A DNA stretch of 63,975 bases, filler included, from an uncultured bacterium (GCA_964449065.1; 5 parts of 5 records of this genome joined end to end with filler, not necessarily neighbours in it), one strand, 5' to 3'. Positions 38,821 to 49,366 are shown, counted from the first letter of the whole stretch. Made by a program: numbers and translations. The notes: generated by a model not told the origin, from the sequence alone.

Positions 38821-39774
38821 TTACCGTTCATTCCATGTGTGAATTAATTTTTCGACGCGTTCTATATTAAAGTTTTCCGGGATGGAATAGTCTTGGTTTT
38901 CATTGAGTAATTCCAGCGTCACCGGTTTCGTTTCGATCCCAACGGCTGGGACTTCCAAGTGTGCGGTCCACACAATTGCGTTTAAGACCAACTGGCGAAA
39001 TTCGGGGTGCGCCCAGTTCCAATGCCAGTGGCCTCCGGTAAAACCAAAGCCGCGTCCGCCGTCGGGGCGGTCATAGGCCCAGGCCACATGCTGGGGAATC
39101 CCAAGCATTTTGCGCACTTCGGGGTTGCCGCTGTGGGCGCCATCGGGACGGCTGAGGGTTGATTTGGGGGGGACATCACTCAAGATTGGCAATACACCTT
39201 TCATGCCTTTGATGAAGCGCATGTTATAGTACCACTCATCGTTGATGGAAAACGGTTTGACCCCGTTGGTGATGGGATGTTCCGGCAGGTCGCCGAACGC
39301 GGCGATCCAGTGGGGATTGACGGAATAATGTGTTTCGAAGTAACCGCCGATCCAGGATTTGAGTGCGTCGCCGTCTTCGCCTTTGGGGATTTCAACGCCG
39401 TAATGAATGGCAACGACACCCATGCCTTTTGCTGTAAGTTCATTTACTTGATCGAGATGGCCGCGAACCGGATGGTTCCCGCCGCCATCGGCATACATGA
39501 TGATGGTATCGGCTCCGTCAAAGGCGTTGGGGTCATCGGGCCAGCCGTCTTTGTAGACGACGGTATCTAACGGAAGGCCGCTTTCATCCAGCCACTTTGC
39601 CAACAATTTGCAGCCGGCATAGTGTTCGTGCGCCATATAACCGTGGCTTTTTTTGCCGGCCACAAACACGATTTTTTTCCACTCTTTCCGCGAATCGGAT
39701 ACCGCCCAATCCGCCGCGAAAATCATTCCCACAACCGCGAGAATCGAGAATGTTATTTTGAATGAATGGTTCAT
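38821..39774 (-). CDS. ThuA-like (trehalose utilisation / class I GATase-like) domain protein
   Basis: Signal peptide; KKSHG..AHEH.AG, DEWYYNMRF, GGRGFGFTGGH.HWNW. Confidence 0.85.
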   Translation of the reverse strand: MNHSFKITFSILAVVGMIFAADWAVSDSRKEWKKIVFVAGKKSHGYMAHEHYAGCKLLAKWLDESGLPLDTVVYKDGWPDDPNAFDGADTIIMYADGGGNHPVRGHLDQVNELTAKGMGVVAIHYGVEIPKGEDGDALKSWIGGYFETHYSVNPHWIAAFGDLPEHPITNGVKPFSINDEWYYNMRFIKGMKGVLPILSDVPPKSTLSRPDGAHSGNPEVRKMLGIPQHVAWAYDRPDGGRGFGFTGGHWHWNWAHPEFRQLVLNAIVWTAHLEVPAVGIETKPVTLELLNENQDYSIPENFNIERVEKLIHTWNER

Positions 39775-40000
39775 GATGTATGTTTCTCCCATAAATTGAT
39801 TGTTAGAGCAATTCAGGTTTGCGTAGGGGTGCAATGTGTACAAACGTGTAACGGCTAGAAGCCAATGCTGCCCGGCTATTCAAATCTGAAACGTTCTGTT
39901 ATTTTATAAGTTTGCCATGTCTTTGTGAATTCAGATAGGTTTGTGAACAATGAAAAAAGAGGAGAGTAGAAGAATTTTTATTTTTTTTATGTTTGAGTAT

Positions 40001-40018
40001 TGACTTACTGGTTAGTTA
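40001..40018. promoter_or_regulatory. Putative TetR operator overlapping the tetR promoter
   Basis: TGACTTACTGGTTAGTTA, 15/18 match to the palindrome at 40640; overlaps a TTGACT -35 box. Confidence 0.65.
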
Positions 40019-40036
40019 AGCAATAATACGGGAATT

Positions 40037-40621
40037 ATGGCACCAAGAAAAGCAGGAAACGCAAAATCAATGGTTCTGCAAGCCGCTGGCGACTTGTTTT
40101 TTGAACAAGGATATCATTCGACAACGGTCGACCAGGTCATTGAACGTTCCGGAATATCCAAACCAACTGTGTACAATTACTACCCAACCAAGCAGGATTT
40201 GTGCATTGCGTATTTAACGGAACGGATGGCGGTGGAACTGAAATTGCTGCGGGATGTTCTCGCGGCAAAGCGTTCCGCGAAGACGAAGTATATGGGAATC
40301 ATCGAACATTATGGAGACCGGATTTTGGCTTCGGACTACCGTGGCTGCGGATTTTACAACATGATCAGCGAAATGGCCGATTGCAAAAACCCTATCGTAA
40401 AAACGGCGAAGAATTATGCGGAATCCGTAAAAGAAATTATTCGTGCTGTCGTGGAAGAATTGATTCAGGCTGATCCTAAATATAGAAAATTAGACAAAGA
40501 ATTACTTACCAATTCCTATTATGTAATCTTGGGTGGAATGATTATGGCTTCGCAAGAATTTCACGATGTATGGCCGATACAAACTGCCAGACAAACCATT
40601 TCGCGGTTGATTGAGTGCTGA
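40037..40621 (+). CDS. TetR/AcrR family regulator
   Basis: AAGDLFFEQGYHSTTVDQVIERSGISKPTVYNYYPTK; RGC motif. Confidence 0.92.
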   Translation: MAPRKAGNAKSMVLQAAGDLFFEQGYHSTTVDQVIERSGISKPTVYNYYPTKQDLCIAYLTERMAVELKLLRDVLAAKRSAKTKYMGIIEHYGDRILASDYRGCGFYNMISEMADCKNPIVKTAKNYAESVKEIIRAVVEELIQADPKYRKLDKELLTNSYYVILGGMIMASQEFHDVWPIQTARQTISRLIEC

Positions 40622-40639
40622 TTTTTTTTGGTTTTATAC

Positions 40640-40657
40640 TAACTAACTAGTTAGTTA
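40640..40657. promoter_or_regulatory. Putative TetR operator upstream of the OsmC-family gene
   Basis: Perfect 18-bp palindrome TAACTAACTAGTTAGTTA. Confidence 0.72.
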
Positions 40658-40686
40658 ACATTATATTTGCCGAAAGGAGATGTAAG

Positions 40687-41256
40687 ATGAGTACTACTGG
40701 AATGGAAAGCAAGCAAGATGTTATTCGAAATGGAGTTCATGTAACCCAACTCAAAGAAACCGTTGCCGCCGTTAAGCAGGACCCGGAATTAGCGGCCTTT
40801 AAATTCCGCGCGAAAAACCAATGGGTTGATGGAGGATTGAATCAAATCCAAATCGATGACTATTATGGTACAAAACAAGAGATACAAAGAAAAAAACCGT
40901 TTGAATTCCGGGCCGATGAGCCGCCGGTTTTATTGGGGAAAGATCAAGGGGCGAATCCGGTTGAATATTTGCTCACAGCGTTATCCGGCTGCATGACCAC
41001 GACCTTGGCATATCATACAGCTTCCCGGGGAATGGAGATCGAAGCGGTTCAATCGGAATACGAAGGCGATATTGATTTAAACGGATTTTTGTGCATTGAT
41101 CCAGAGGTGCGCAAGGGATATCAAGAAATTCGGGTGACGTTCAAAGTGAAAGGCGATGTAAGCGAAGAAGACATCAAAGAGTTGGTGCAAAATTCACCGG
41201 TGTATGACACGATAACCAAGCCGACTCCGGTTCGAATCATTGTGGAAAAAGAATAA
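40687..41256 (+). CDS. OsmC family protein
   Basis: ADEPPVLLGKDQGANPVEYLLTALSGC, GDIDL.GF, SPVYDTI. Confidence 0.9.
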   Translation: MSTTGMESKQDVIRNGVHVTQLKETVAAVKQDPELAAFKFRAKNQWVDGGLNQIQIDDYYGTKQEIQRKKPFEFRADEPPVLLGKDQGANPVEYLLTALSGCMTTTLAYHTASRGMEIEAVQSEYEGDIDLNGFLCIDPEVRKGYQEIRVTFKVKGDVSEEDIKELVQNSPVYDTITKPTPVRIIVEKE

Positions 41257-41274
41257 TCCAGAATAGGTACAGAT

Positions 41275-41314
41275 TCCGGTTCAACGAAGTGTTTCATACC
41301 TTTGTTGAACCGGA
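41275..41314 (+). terminator. Stem-loop after the OsmC-family gene
   Basis: TCCGGTTCAAC/GTTGAACCGGA 11-bp stem. Confidence 0.55.
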
Positions 41315-41612
41315 TGTCTCATAATAATCCATTAAATTGGTTGCAAGGTGAATATACGGGCAAGATGGGCGGCCGTTTCCAAATCTTCTTGCTTTAAGGC
41401 TTCTCTCACTTCATCCAGTTTATATGCATCATCTAACGTGAGATAGGGTGCCCACTCCGAATCATCTTCAATCAATTCTACATCCACTTCNNNNNNNNNN
41501 NNNNNNNNNNNNNNNNNNNNNNNNNNNNNNNNNNNNNNNNNNNNNNNNNNNNNNNNNNNNNNNNNNNNNNNNNNNNNNNNNNNNNNNNNNAATTCCAGAT
41601 AAAGGAAACGGT

Positions 41613-43514
41613 ATGTGCGGTTTGTGCGGTATTTTGTATGTGGATGAATCCCAGCCGGTGGAGCGGGAACTCTTGCAGCAAATGACGGACGCGATTCGTC
41701 ACCGGGGACCCGATGATGAGGGGCACTATATTGATGGCCATGTCGGGCTGGGTTCGCGGCGGCTTTCGATTGTCGGGCTGGATGACGGACACATGCCGAT
41801 GTCTTCCGCAGACGGAACGGTTACCGTTGCTTATAACGGTGAACTTTACAATCACCCAGCCATTAAACAGCAATTGGGCAGCGTGGAACATCTATACCAT
41901 ACGCAATCCGATACCGAGAGTTTTTTGCACTTATACCGGGTTTATGGCGATGCCTTTTTAGAGCACACCCAAGGCATGTTCGGCATCGCGTTGTGGGATG
42001 GCTCTACCCGCCGCTTGATTTTGGGGCGCGACCGCCTGGGAATCAAACCGCTTTATTATCAATTCGACGGCAAAGCATTGCGGTTCGGTTCGGAGATTAA
42101 ATCCATTTTGTGCGACCCGAATGTACCGCGTGAAATTGATTTGGAAGCGTTAAACCTCTATCTTTCGTATCTGGCCACGCCTTCACCCTATACGATGATT
42201 CAAGGTATCCGGCAATTGCGACCGGGTGAGATGCTGGTCTATCAAAACGGACAGATTTATTTGCAGCGCTATTGGAAACCGGAAGAACGCATTCACCCTC
42301 ATTACCATATTGATGAGCAAGAAGCGGTTCGTGAAATTCGTGAGCGGTTATCGCAAACCGTACAAGAGCATTTGCTGGCGGATGTGCCGGTCGGTGCGTT
42401 TCTTTCGGGGGGGATTGATTCCAGCGTGCTGGTGGGGTTGATGAAAGAACATATCGGGCCGGACTTTCAAACCTTCGCGATCGGCTTTGAAGGGCATGAT
42501 CTGTTTGACGAAACCGGAGACGCCAAGCGGGTCGCGGAGCATTTCGGCACGGAGCATTATGAGCAAAAACTGGCTCCATCCGATTTGCTCAACGCGTTGG
42601 ATGACATCACCAAACAATTGGATGAGCCGCTGGCGGATTCATCCTGCCTGCCGGTTTACTATGTTTCCAAACTGGCGGCAGAGCATGGTAAGGTGGTGCT
42701 TTCCGGCGATGGCGGCGATGAGATTTTTGCGGGGTACCGCAAGTATTTGGGCGAGCATTACCGGCGGTATGTCTCCTGGCTTCCCCGCCCTGTTTTGACT
42801 GGGCTGGTTCATGCGGTTGAAAGAACTATTCCGGAATCGCGGTCTAACGCGTTGATGGATTATCTGCGCCAGATTAAGAAATTCTTTCGCGGGGTTGACC
42901 CGGACGCGTTCGCGCGGCACCGCAAATGGGCGTTACACTTTGAAGATCGTTTACGAAAACAATTCCTCCACCCTGATGTACTGCAAGCGGTCAATAGGGA
43001 TGAATCAACATCGTTTCGAAAGGCGTTTTATGATGAGATGCCGCAGCTGGATGAACTCAGCCGTATGTTGTGGGTGGATTTACGCCACGGCCTGCCCGCC
43101 GATATGCTGGTGAAAGTTGACCGCATGTCGATGATGCATTCATTGGAAGTGCGTGTGCCGTTTTTGGATCATAAACTGGTGGAATACGCGTTCTCGCTGC
43201 CGGACCGAGTTAAACTGAAAGGGACTACAACCAAATGGATATTAAAAGAGGCCTTTAAAGATATGCTGCCAGATGACATTCTTCATAAGCGCAAGCATGG
43301 GTTTGATGTTCCGGTGGGCGAGTGGTTTAAAAACGAACTGCGTGATGTAATTGAAGATGTTTGCTCCAAGCAAACGGTTTCCAAACGGGGATTGTTTAAT
43401 TACCAAGCCGTTCAGTCTCTTTTGCGCGATCATACCAATGGCAAACGCGATTACAATAACCAGTTGTGGATGCTATTGAGTTTGGAGTTGTGGCAGCGAG
43501 AGTATTGTGAATGA
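41613..43514 (+). CDS. asnB: Asparagine synthase (glutamine-hydrolysing) family amidotransferase
   Basis: MCGLCG N-terminal nucleophile, HRGPDD, LSGGIDSS, SGDGGDE, RVPFLDH. Confidence 0.92.
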   Translation: MCGLCGILYVDESQPVERELLQQMTDAIRHRGPDDEGHYIDGHVGLGSRRLSIVGLDDGHMPMSSADGTVTVAYNGELYNHPAIKQQLGSVEHLYHTQSDTESFLHLYRVYGDAFLEHTQGMFGIALWDGSTRRLILGRDRLGIKPLYYQFDGKALRFGSEIKSILCDPNVPREIDLEALNLYLSYLATPSPYTMIQGIRQLRPGEMLVYQNGQIYLQRYWKPEERIHPHYHIDEQEAVREIRERLSQTVQEHLLADVPVGAFLSGGIDSSVLVGLMKEHIGPDFQTFAIGFEGHDLFDETGDAKRVAEHFGTEHYEQKLAPSDLLNALDDITKQLDEPLADSSCLPVYYVSKLAAEHGKVVLSGDGGDEIFAGYRKYLGEHYRRYVSWLPRPVLTGLVHAVERTIPESRSNALMDYLRQIKKFFRGVDPDAFARHRKWALHFEDRLRKQFLHPDVLQAVNRDESTSFRKAFYDEMPQLDELSRMLWVDLRHGLPADMLVKVDRMSMMHSLEVRVPFLDHKLVEYAFSLPDRVKLKGTTTKWILKEAFKDMLPDDILHKRKHGFDVPVGEWFKNELRDVIEDVCSKQTVSKRGLFNYQAVQSLLRDHTNGKRDYNNQLWMLLSLELWQREYCE

Positions 43515-43550
43515 TGGATTTACCACAGAGACACAGAGATCACAGCAAAA

Positions 43551-43760
43551 CTAATTGAACAGTTTATCATAGACAGTGTCTTCTTCAGAATCGTCGCGTA
43601 AAAAATATTGATAAGATTGCTCTTTCCATTCTTCGTCTTCTATATCCGCGATTAAACGAATGGTTACTTTCCCTTGAGGTGGTAAATTTGAAGCAACCTC
43701 CGGTGGAATAATAAGTGTATTTATGCCAGTTAATTCAGTTTCAAACTCGATAGTTTTCAT
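43551..43760 (-). CDS. Small acidic protein, probable orphan antitoxin
   Basis: MKTIEFET....TLIIPPEVA.......EDEEW.......FLRDDSEED.VYD. AT-rich, with no toxin gene downstream. Confidence 0.6.
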   Translation of the reverse strand: MKTIEFETELTGINTLIIPPEVASNLPPQGKVTIRLIADIEDEEWKEQSYQYFLRDDSEEDTVYDKLFN

Positions 43761-43806
43761 AATAAGGATTCTACTCTTATAACAAATGAGAGTCAATCAT
43801 TTAATT

Positions 43807-44748
43807 CTATGTAAGCCGTTTGACGGGGATGGCTTTGAGGATGCCCAACCGTGTAATTTGTCCTTTATGCGAGCGTTTCACTTCTTCAGAGGTATACAGA
43901 ACTTTGGCCAGGATTTTGTCCTTCGGTTTGATGGTATGGGCGTTAAATAGTTCCTTGTTCACCCCTCTGCGTTTGAACCATAAAAACCCATCGTAGCTAT
44001 GGTGGCGAAAGGTAAAACTGTTGCCGGTGTGAGAGAGATGCATCACTTCGACTTCTATTAGGTCTCCGGGAATGGTGCGCGGCTCCAGATACACGATTTG
44101 TTCTTTGGCTTGTTTCGCGTTGATGGTTAAGCCGGGGATATTGGTGATTTTCAAATTTAGCGTATCCCCAACTTTCGCGCCGGATACTTGCTTAATAAAG
44201 CAGCGATATGATTTCCCATTCGCATCCGTAAGATAAAAACCCGGATCTCCTTCGAGCGGTTTCTCCGTTTGGCTTGTTTTTCGGTTCTCTACGACAAATT
44301 CCACCGTTCCATCAATAAACGCATTGATATCGACTTCATCCGGTTCAATGTAGTGGGCGTTGTTATCCGCCAATAAGGCACGCAAGCGTTCGAAAGATTC
44401 TTGTGAGGGTGATTTATCGGACGGTTCGCTGATGTGGAGCAATAGTTCCTTGGCATAGTCATGGGTATTTTTGTATTGTAAATTCAACTGGGATTGCTGT
44501 AATAGTTGGTAAAATTGTTTCTCCTTATCCACAGACCAATCGTCTTTTTGAAAGACACGCTCATGAAGTTGCTTGATATTGTTTGCGGAAAGAATGTCTT
44601 CAAACGCCTGTTGATACGATAGAAATATCTGTTTCGACTGAGCGAAGCATTGTTTATCGACTAATTCAAGAATCCGTTCCATGTAAAAAATGGCGTTTGT
44701 TTCTTGAAACGAGACATCTTGAACATCGGGAATGCGCACTGCAACCAT
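43807..44748 (-). CDS. Hypothetical protein with tandem OB-fold (TRAM/S1-like) segments
   Basis: GAKVGDTLNLKIT, PGDLIEVEV, IKPKDKILAKV; good RBS. Confidence 0.6.
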   Translation of the reverse strand: MVAVRIPDVQDVSFQETNAIFYMERILELVDKQCFAQSKQIFLSYQQAFEDILSANNIKQLHERVFQKDDWSVDKEKQFYQLLQQSQLNLQYKNTHDYAKELLLHISEPSDKSPSQESFERLRALLADNNAHYIEPDEVDINAFIDGTVEFVVENRKTSQTEKPLEGDPGFYLTDANGKSYRCFIKQVSGAKVGDTLNLKITNIPGLTINAKQAKEQIVYLEPRTIPGDLIEVEVMHLSHTGNSFTFRHHSYDGFLWFKRRGVNKELFNAHTIKPKDKILAKVLYTSEEVKRSHKGQITRLGILKAIPVKRLT

Positions 44749-44882
44749 CCTTTTGTCCTTTCCATTAATTCCTTATTACTGAGTGTATAGAAAGAAGATG
44801 GAAAATGCAGAAAATATTTGTAAAATTCTGTATCTTAGTAAATATTGTATCGATACTATTCCTCCTTTTAGCAGATGCCGCT

Positions 44883-46568
44883 CTAAAAAGAGTAACCATG
44901 TCCGGCGGGGTATTCTTCATTAAGGGAAACCGGAAGTCGGCCGTGAGGAATGCGCTCGCCGCTTATAACCTCTGTAACCGCGTCAAACATTTGTTCCGTA
45001 AAGCGGTAAGCGCAAAGGTAGGCATCTACATCAGGAAACGCATTGAGAAGGTAGGGATTCCCGAATGATACAAGGATAACCGGTTTCTCTGCCTGAATCG
45101 CTTTGTGAATAATCGACTCATGAGCAGGAGGGACGTGAATTGAATCTTTTTCCGGTAAGACCTGAATATCCGCCATGAACACGATGATATCGGATTGTTG
45201 CATATATTCATCCACCTGTTCGCGCAGATTTTGATCCGGTTCCGAAGGAACCACAATCGCCAAATCATTCAGATAATCCGCGGAAAATTGCTCTTCACTG
45301 CGTTTGTCTTGCAAAAAAATGAGGCCTGCATCATCGGTCGGCAAAATGGGGATGCAGCGGCCATCGTTTTTAACCAATGTGACCGCGTCACAGCAGATAT
45401 TAAAACTGATTTCATCTGCTTTGTTGATAAGGGGTTTCGGTATCGGCAAGGGTAACTCACCAATCGGCTCAAGGATGGCAAAGGCTTCTTTCATGGCCAA
45501 TATTCGGGTGACGGATTCTTGCAAACGGTCCATGCTAATCTCTTTATTTTCAACCGCTTGCATCACCCCTTTATACGCTTCCGGTAAGTCCGGGGGCATC
45601 AATACAATATCGGCACCCGCTTGAATCGCTCTCACAGCGGCTTCACCGGGACCGCATATTTCCGTCACAGCCTTCATCAGCATGGCATCGGTGATAATCA
45701 CCCCCTCAAATTCCATCTCATTGCGGAGCAGATTGGTCAAAATGTTTGAAGAAAATGTAGCCGGAACCACTTCTTTATCCAATGCGGGTAGGTGGATGTG
45801 TGCTGTCATGATGGATTCAATTTGGGTGTGATCGATAGCGCGTTGAAACGGGCTCAGTTCCATCTCTTGCAGTTCATCTTTCCCCACATGAATTTTACAC
45901 AGTTTCAGATGAGTATCTTCCGAGGTATTGCCATGTCCCGGAAAATGTTTGGCGCAAGGAACCACCATACCATCTTGAATGCCTTGGATATAGGCTTCAC
46001 CCAGCATACCGACTAGATGAGGATCTTCGCCGAATGAACGCACATTGATTATGGGGTTTGCTGGATCATTGTTGATATCAAGTGAGGGAGAAAAGATGTA
46101 ATTCACACCGATCAACCGGGCTTGTGCGGCTGTCCAAAATCCCATTTGATAGGCATATTGCGGTGAACCGGTGGCTCCAACAGCCATAAAGGCAGGAAAA
46201 TGACTCAATCCCTGCGCGATCACTCCACCAAAACCGCTGCCGGCACCGTTTTCCATATCGGCTCCGATGAATAACGGAATTTTGGATTGCTCTTGCAGCA
46301 TTTGAATCAAATGCGCAGTCGTTGGCAGGTAGTAGCGATTTAAGTAATAGCCCCCTAAATGATATTTGGCGACTTCGTCTTGCAAGCGGTTCGAATATTC
46401 TTGCAGTTGCTGGTTTACGGTATACCGCTCCGGCATCATATAGGCGGTAAACAGTTGCCCCACCATTTGAGGGACATCCATTAGCGAGAGCAGGTCTTCA
46501 ACCTTTTGAATCTGCGGATCATCCAATCCAAAATATTCATAGCATTTTGCTGTATGGGTTGTCGACAT
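44883..46568 (-). CDS. Glycoside hydrolase family 3 beta-N-acetylhexosaminidase
   Basis: ADMENG, NPIINVRSFGED, KHFPGHG.T..DTH, IITDAM.M, FGNPY, G.LPV. The real start is MSTTH. Confidence 0.9.
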   Translation of the reverse strand: MSTTHTAKCYEYFGLDDPQIQKVEDLLSLMDVPQMVGQLFTAYMMPERYTVNQQLQEYSNRLQDEVAKYHLGGYYLNRYYLPTTAHLIQMLQEQSKIPLFIGADMENGAGSGFGGVIAQGLSHFPAFMAVGATGSPQYAYQMGFWTAAQARLIGVNYIFSPSLDINNDPANPIINVRSFGEDPHLVGMLGEAYIQGIQDGMVVPCAKHFPGHGNTSEDTHLKLCKIHVGKDELQEMELSPFQRAIDHTQIESIMTAHIHLPALDKEVVPATFSSNILTNLLRNEMEFEGVIITDAMLMKAVTEICGPGEAAVRAIQAGADIVLMPPDLPEAYKGVMQAVENKEISMDRLQESVTRILAMKEAFAILEPIGELPLPIPKPLINKADEISFNICCDAVTLVKNDGRCIPILPTDDAGLIFLQDKRSEEQFSADYLNDLAIVVPSEPDQNLREQVDEYMQQSDIIVFMADIQVLPEKDSIHVPPAHESIIHKAIQAEKPVILVSFGNPYLLNAFPDVDAYLCAYRFTEQMFDAVTEVISGERIPHGRLPVSLNEEYPAGHGYSF

Positions 46569-46662
46569 ATTGATTTTTTCTCCTAATCCATTTCTAATGG
46601 AACAACAGTACATAGTACATAGACTTACAAAAAGACTCATCATTCTAACCTGGAGGTATCGT

Positions 46663-47334
46663 ATGAAAAGCCGTTGGATTATTGCAATCAGTCTTATCGT
46701 AACACCATATGTTCTTGCCGTAGCAGGGGACGCCGAATATAAAAAGGGCGAACAGTGGTCGTATGAGGTAAAAGGACCGAGGCCCTGGTCGGATGAAAAC
46801 ATTTACGGAGACCGGACAATTTCGATATTAAACGAAACGGAATCCGGCTGGAACGCGAAAGAAATGTGGGGAACGTATGACGAACAACCCTACCGTTACA
46901 CCGTCAATGAAAAGGGATTGGTATCAAAGTTGGAAGTGGGAAACAACATTGTCATTGAGTATGATTCTCCTATCCCATTTCAATTTGTTGATCTACTCAA
47001 GGTGGATGAAGAAAAGGACTTTGGCGTATATACCCAGGATGCGGACTCTTGGTCATTATCGTTATCAACACATGTGAAACGGGCTGCCGATGAAGATGTA
47101 ACCGTCCCGGCAGGGGAGTTTAAAGGCAGCCAAAAGTATATTGTGGAGCAACGACTTACATTCTCAAACGATCAGCAAGAGCGCACCCGCAAAATGACCC
47201 GCCATGTTTGGGTGCATCCCAACGTAAACGGGATTGTAAAAGAAACACTTAAATTTCAAGCGATGGCACCGGATGCCGGCGACGGTTTGCTGGAAAGCAC
47301 ATCGGTTTTGAAAGAGCATATCGTGAAAGAATAG
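46663..47334 (+). CDS. Secreted hypothetical protein (VTVPAGEF motif, DUF3108-like)
   Basis: GGAGG RBS, signal peptide, EDVTVPAGEFK...WVHP.VNGIVKE. Confidence 0.7.
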   Translation: MKSRWIIAISLIVTPYVLAVAGDAEYKKGEQWSYEVKGPRPWSDENIYGDRTISILNETESGWNAKEMWGTYDEQPYRYTVNEKGLVSKLEVGNNIVIEYDSPIPFQFVDLLKVDEEKDFGVYTQDADSWSLSLSTHVKRAADEDVTVPAGEFKGSQKYIVEQRLTFSNDQQERTRKMTRHVWVHPNVNGIVKETLKFQAMAPDAGDGLLESTSVLKEHIVKE

Positions 47335-47352
47335 ATCTTTTGTTTGAGTGAA

Positions 47353-47388
47353 AGCAGGCGGACTTGGTGCCGCCTGCTGCTATTTTTC
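47353..47388. terminator. Bidirectional terminator
   Basis: AGCAGGCGG/CCGCCTGCT stem between convergent genes. Confidence 0.6.
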
Positions 47389-47398
47389 ACGTCCCTCT

Positions 47399-48826
47399 TT
47401 ACCCATCCAATGCCGGGAATGGAAATTCTTCCGATGGCACTCTTGCCGATGCGGCGATTTGTTTGATTTGCCGGATAATTTCCGGGTGCTCGTTGACCAC
47501 ATCAGTGGTTTCATTGCGGTCATTTTTGATGTTGTACAGCTGCCAGGATTTGTCGCCTTGTTTGCGCTGCAAGTTTTGGCGGATGCCTTTCCAATCGCCC
47601 ATGCGAACTGCTTGCTGCCCTCCATAAGACGGGAATTCCCAATAGAGGTAATCGTGTTCTTTTTGCTTTCCTTCTCCGAGCAAGGTTGGGGCGAAGCTGA
47701 TGCCGTCGGTGTCTTCCGCGGCTTTGCCACCGGCAATGTCTGCCAGCGTGGGCATGATATCCCAAAAGGCGGAGGTATGGTTCGTTTGGGTTCCCGGAAC
47801 GATTTTTCCTTTCCAGCGGGCGATAGTGGGCACGCGGATGCCGCCTTCATACAGAGAACCTTTCTTGCCGCGCAAGCCGCCGTTGCTGTTGAAGAATTCC
47901 ACTCCCGGTCCCTTTAAATGTGTAGCGCCGTTATCGCTGGTGAAAAGAACCAGGGTATTTTCATCCAAACCCAGTTCCTCAAGCAATTTCATCATGCGTC
48001 CGATGTCGCGGTCCATGCGGCTGATCATTCCGGCATAAGCCGCTTTGGGGGTGGGATGGGGTAAATATCCATCGGAACCGTCATACGCGGGGTCATCCCA
48101 CTTACCGATGTATTGTTCCATTGAGTCTTCCGGCACTTGCAATGCCAAATGCGGTACAGGAGTGGGATAGTACAAGAAAAATGGATGGTCTTTATTTTGG
48201 CGGATGAAATCCAACGCTTCCACGATCATTTCATCCGCAGCATACCGTTCTCCGGTCAGGCCGCGGTCGTTGCCGGGCAAGGGGATTTTTTCTTCGTTCT
48301 TATAGAGGTAGCGCGGATAGTAATTGTGCGCATGGCGCTGGCAGTTATATCCGAAAAAGAGATCAAGCCCCTGGTTGTTAGGGTCGCCGCTGGAACCGAC
48401 CGGGCCGAGTCCCCATTTGCCCATTGCCCCGGTGGCATACCCCTGTTGTTTCATCATTTCAGCGATGGTATACGAATCATCCGGGATGGGCAGTTGGCCT
48501 TCGGGTTTTACCTCGCGGTTGGAGCGGATGTAGGCGTGTCCGGTGTGCTTTCCGGTCATCAACACGCAGCGGCTAGGGGCGCATACCGCTTGGCCGCTGT
48601 AAAATTGAGTGAGTTTCATCCCTTCCCCTGCAAGTTGATCGAGATGGGGGGTTTTGATTTTATCTTGCCCGAAACAGCCGAGTTCACCATAGCCCAAGTC
48701 ATCCGCGACAATGAGAATGATATTGGGTTTTCCAGGCTGCCGCGATTGCGCATTGTGAATGCCGCACAACGCCGGGATGGAAAGCGAAGACGATTGTAAA
48801 AAGTTTCTGCGGTTGATCATGGTCAT
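47399..48826 (-). CDS. Cys-type arylsulfatase, Tat-exported
   Basis: NRRNFL, PNIILIVADDLGYG, CAPSR, GKWGLG, FTSDNG, KGSLYEGGIRVP. Confidence 0.95.
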   Translation of the reverse strand: MTMINRRNFLQSSSLSIPALCGIHNAQSRQPGKPNIILIVADDLGYGELGCFGQDKIKTPHLDQLAGEGMKLTQFYSGQAVCAPSRCVLMTGKHTGHAYIRSNREVKPEGQLPIPDDSYTIAEMMKQQGYATGAMGKWGLGPVGSSGDPNNQGLDLFFGYNCQRHAHNYYPRYLYKNEEKIPLPGNDRGLTGERYAADEMIVEALDFIRQNKDHPFFLYYPTPVPHLALQVPEDSMEQYIGKWDDPAYDGSDGYLPHPTPKAAYAGMISRMDRDIGRMMKLLEELGLDENTLVLFTSDNGATHLKGPGVEFFNSNGGLRGKKGSLYEGGIRVPTIARWKGKIVPGTQTNHTSAFWDIMPTLADIAGGKAAEDTDGISFAPTLLGEGKQKEHDYLYWEFPSYGGQQAVRMGDWKGIRQNLQRKQGDKSWQLYNIKNDRNETTDVVNEHPEIIRQIKQIAASARVPSEEFPFPALDG

Positions 48827-48952
48827 TTTCTCCCTGTTGTTATCTTTTATTACTATAAATGAAGTGTTCGTTTTTTGTGAGGGTTAAAAAATGGATGTTT
48901 ATTCTTGGAATTCTCTCAGGTTTTGTTATGATAGAGATTATCACATCAATGA

Positions 48953-49366
48953 ATGAACCAGATAGGTCTTATGTTACAAATCAATATACGCAAACATGAA
49001 AAATCGACTACGGTAGCCCTACGCGGTATTTTGGAGGAAGCGGATGTTCAAGAGTTGATTGACCAGTTGGAATTTCTATTAAAGTTTGACAACAAACTGG
49101 AGTTGATCTTCGACTGCACCCGATTGGTAAATACAACCCCTCCCGTTATTGACGCGTTGTATAACGTTTTATTGCGGTTGTCTTATTTACGGCAAATTAC
49201 CTTTTGCGGAATGAACGATGAAGTGTTACGGTCCGTTAAACGTTCCCGTTCTATCGAGTTCATCAACACAGGCGGTCCGTATCAGGAGTTCCTTGAACAA
49301 GTGAACGGCAAGTCTCCAAAAGAAGATAAGAAAGATTCAAGTATAGAAGTGAAGCCTATTATGTAA
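48953..49366 (+). CDS. STAS-like (anti-sigma antagonist-like) domain protein
   Basis: VALRGILE....QELIDQL.....LIFDCTRL........ITFCGMNDEV; degenerate. Confidence 0.6.
   Translation: MNQIGLMLQINIRKHEKSTTVALRGILEEADVQELIDQLEFLLKFDNKLELIFDCTRLVNTTPPVIDALYNVLLRLSYLRQITFCGMNDEVLRSVKRSRSIEFINTGGPYQEFLEQVNGKSPKEDKKDSSIEVKPIM

Noticed and set aside
41448..43514. AsnB as a lasso-peptide cyclase, and the 688-aa ORF start at 41448
   Set aside because: It has an intact Cys-initiated glutaminase domain and no precursor or B-protein nearby. The upstream extension just runs through an N gap.
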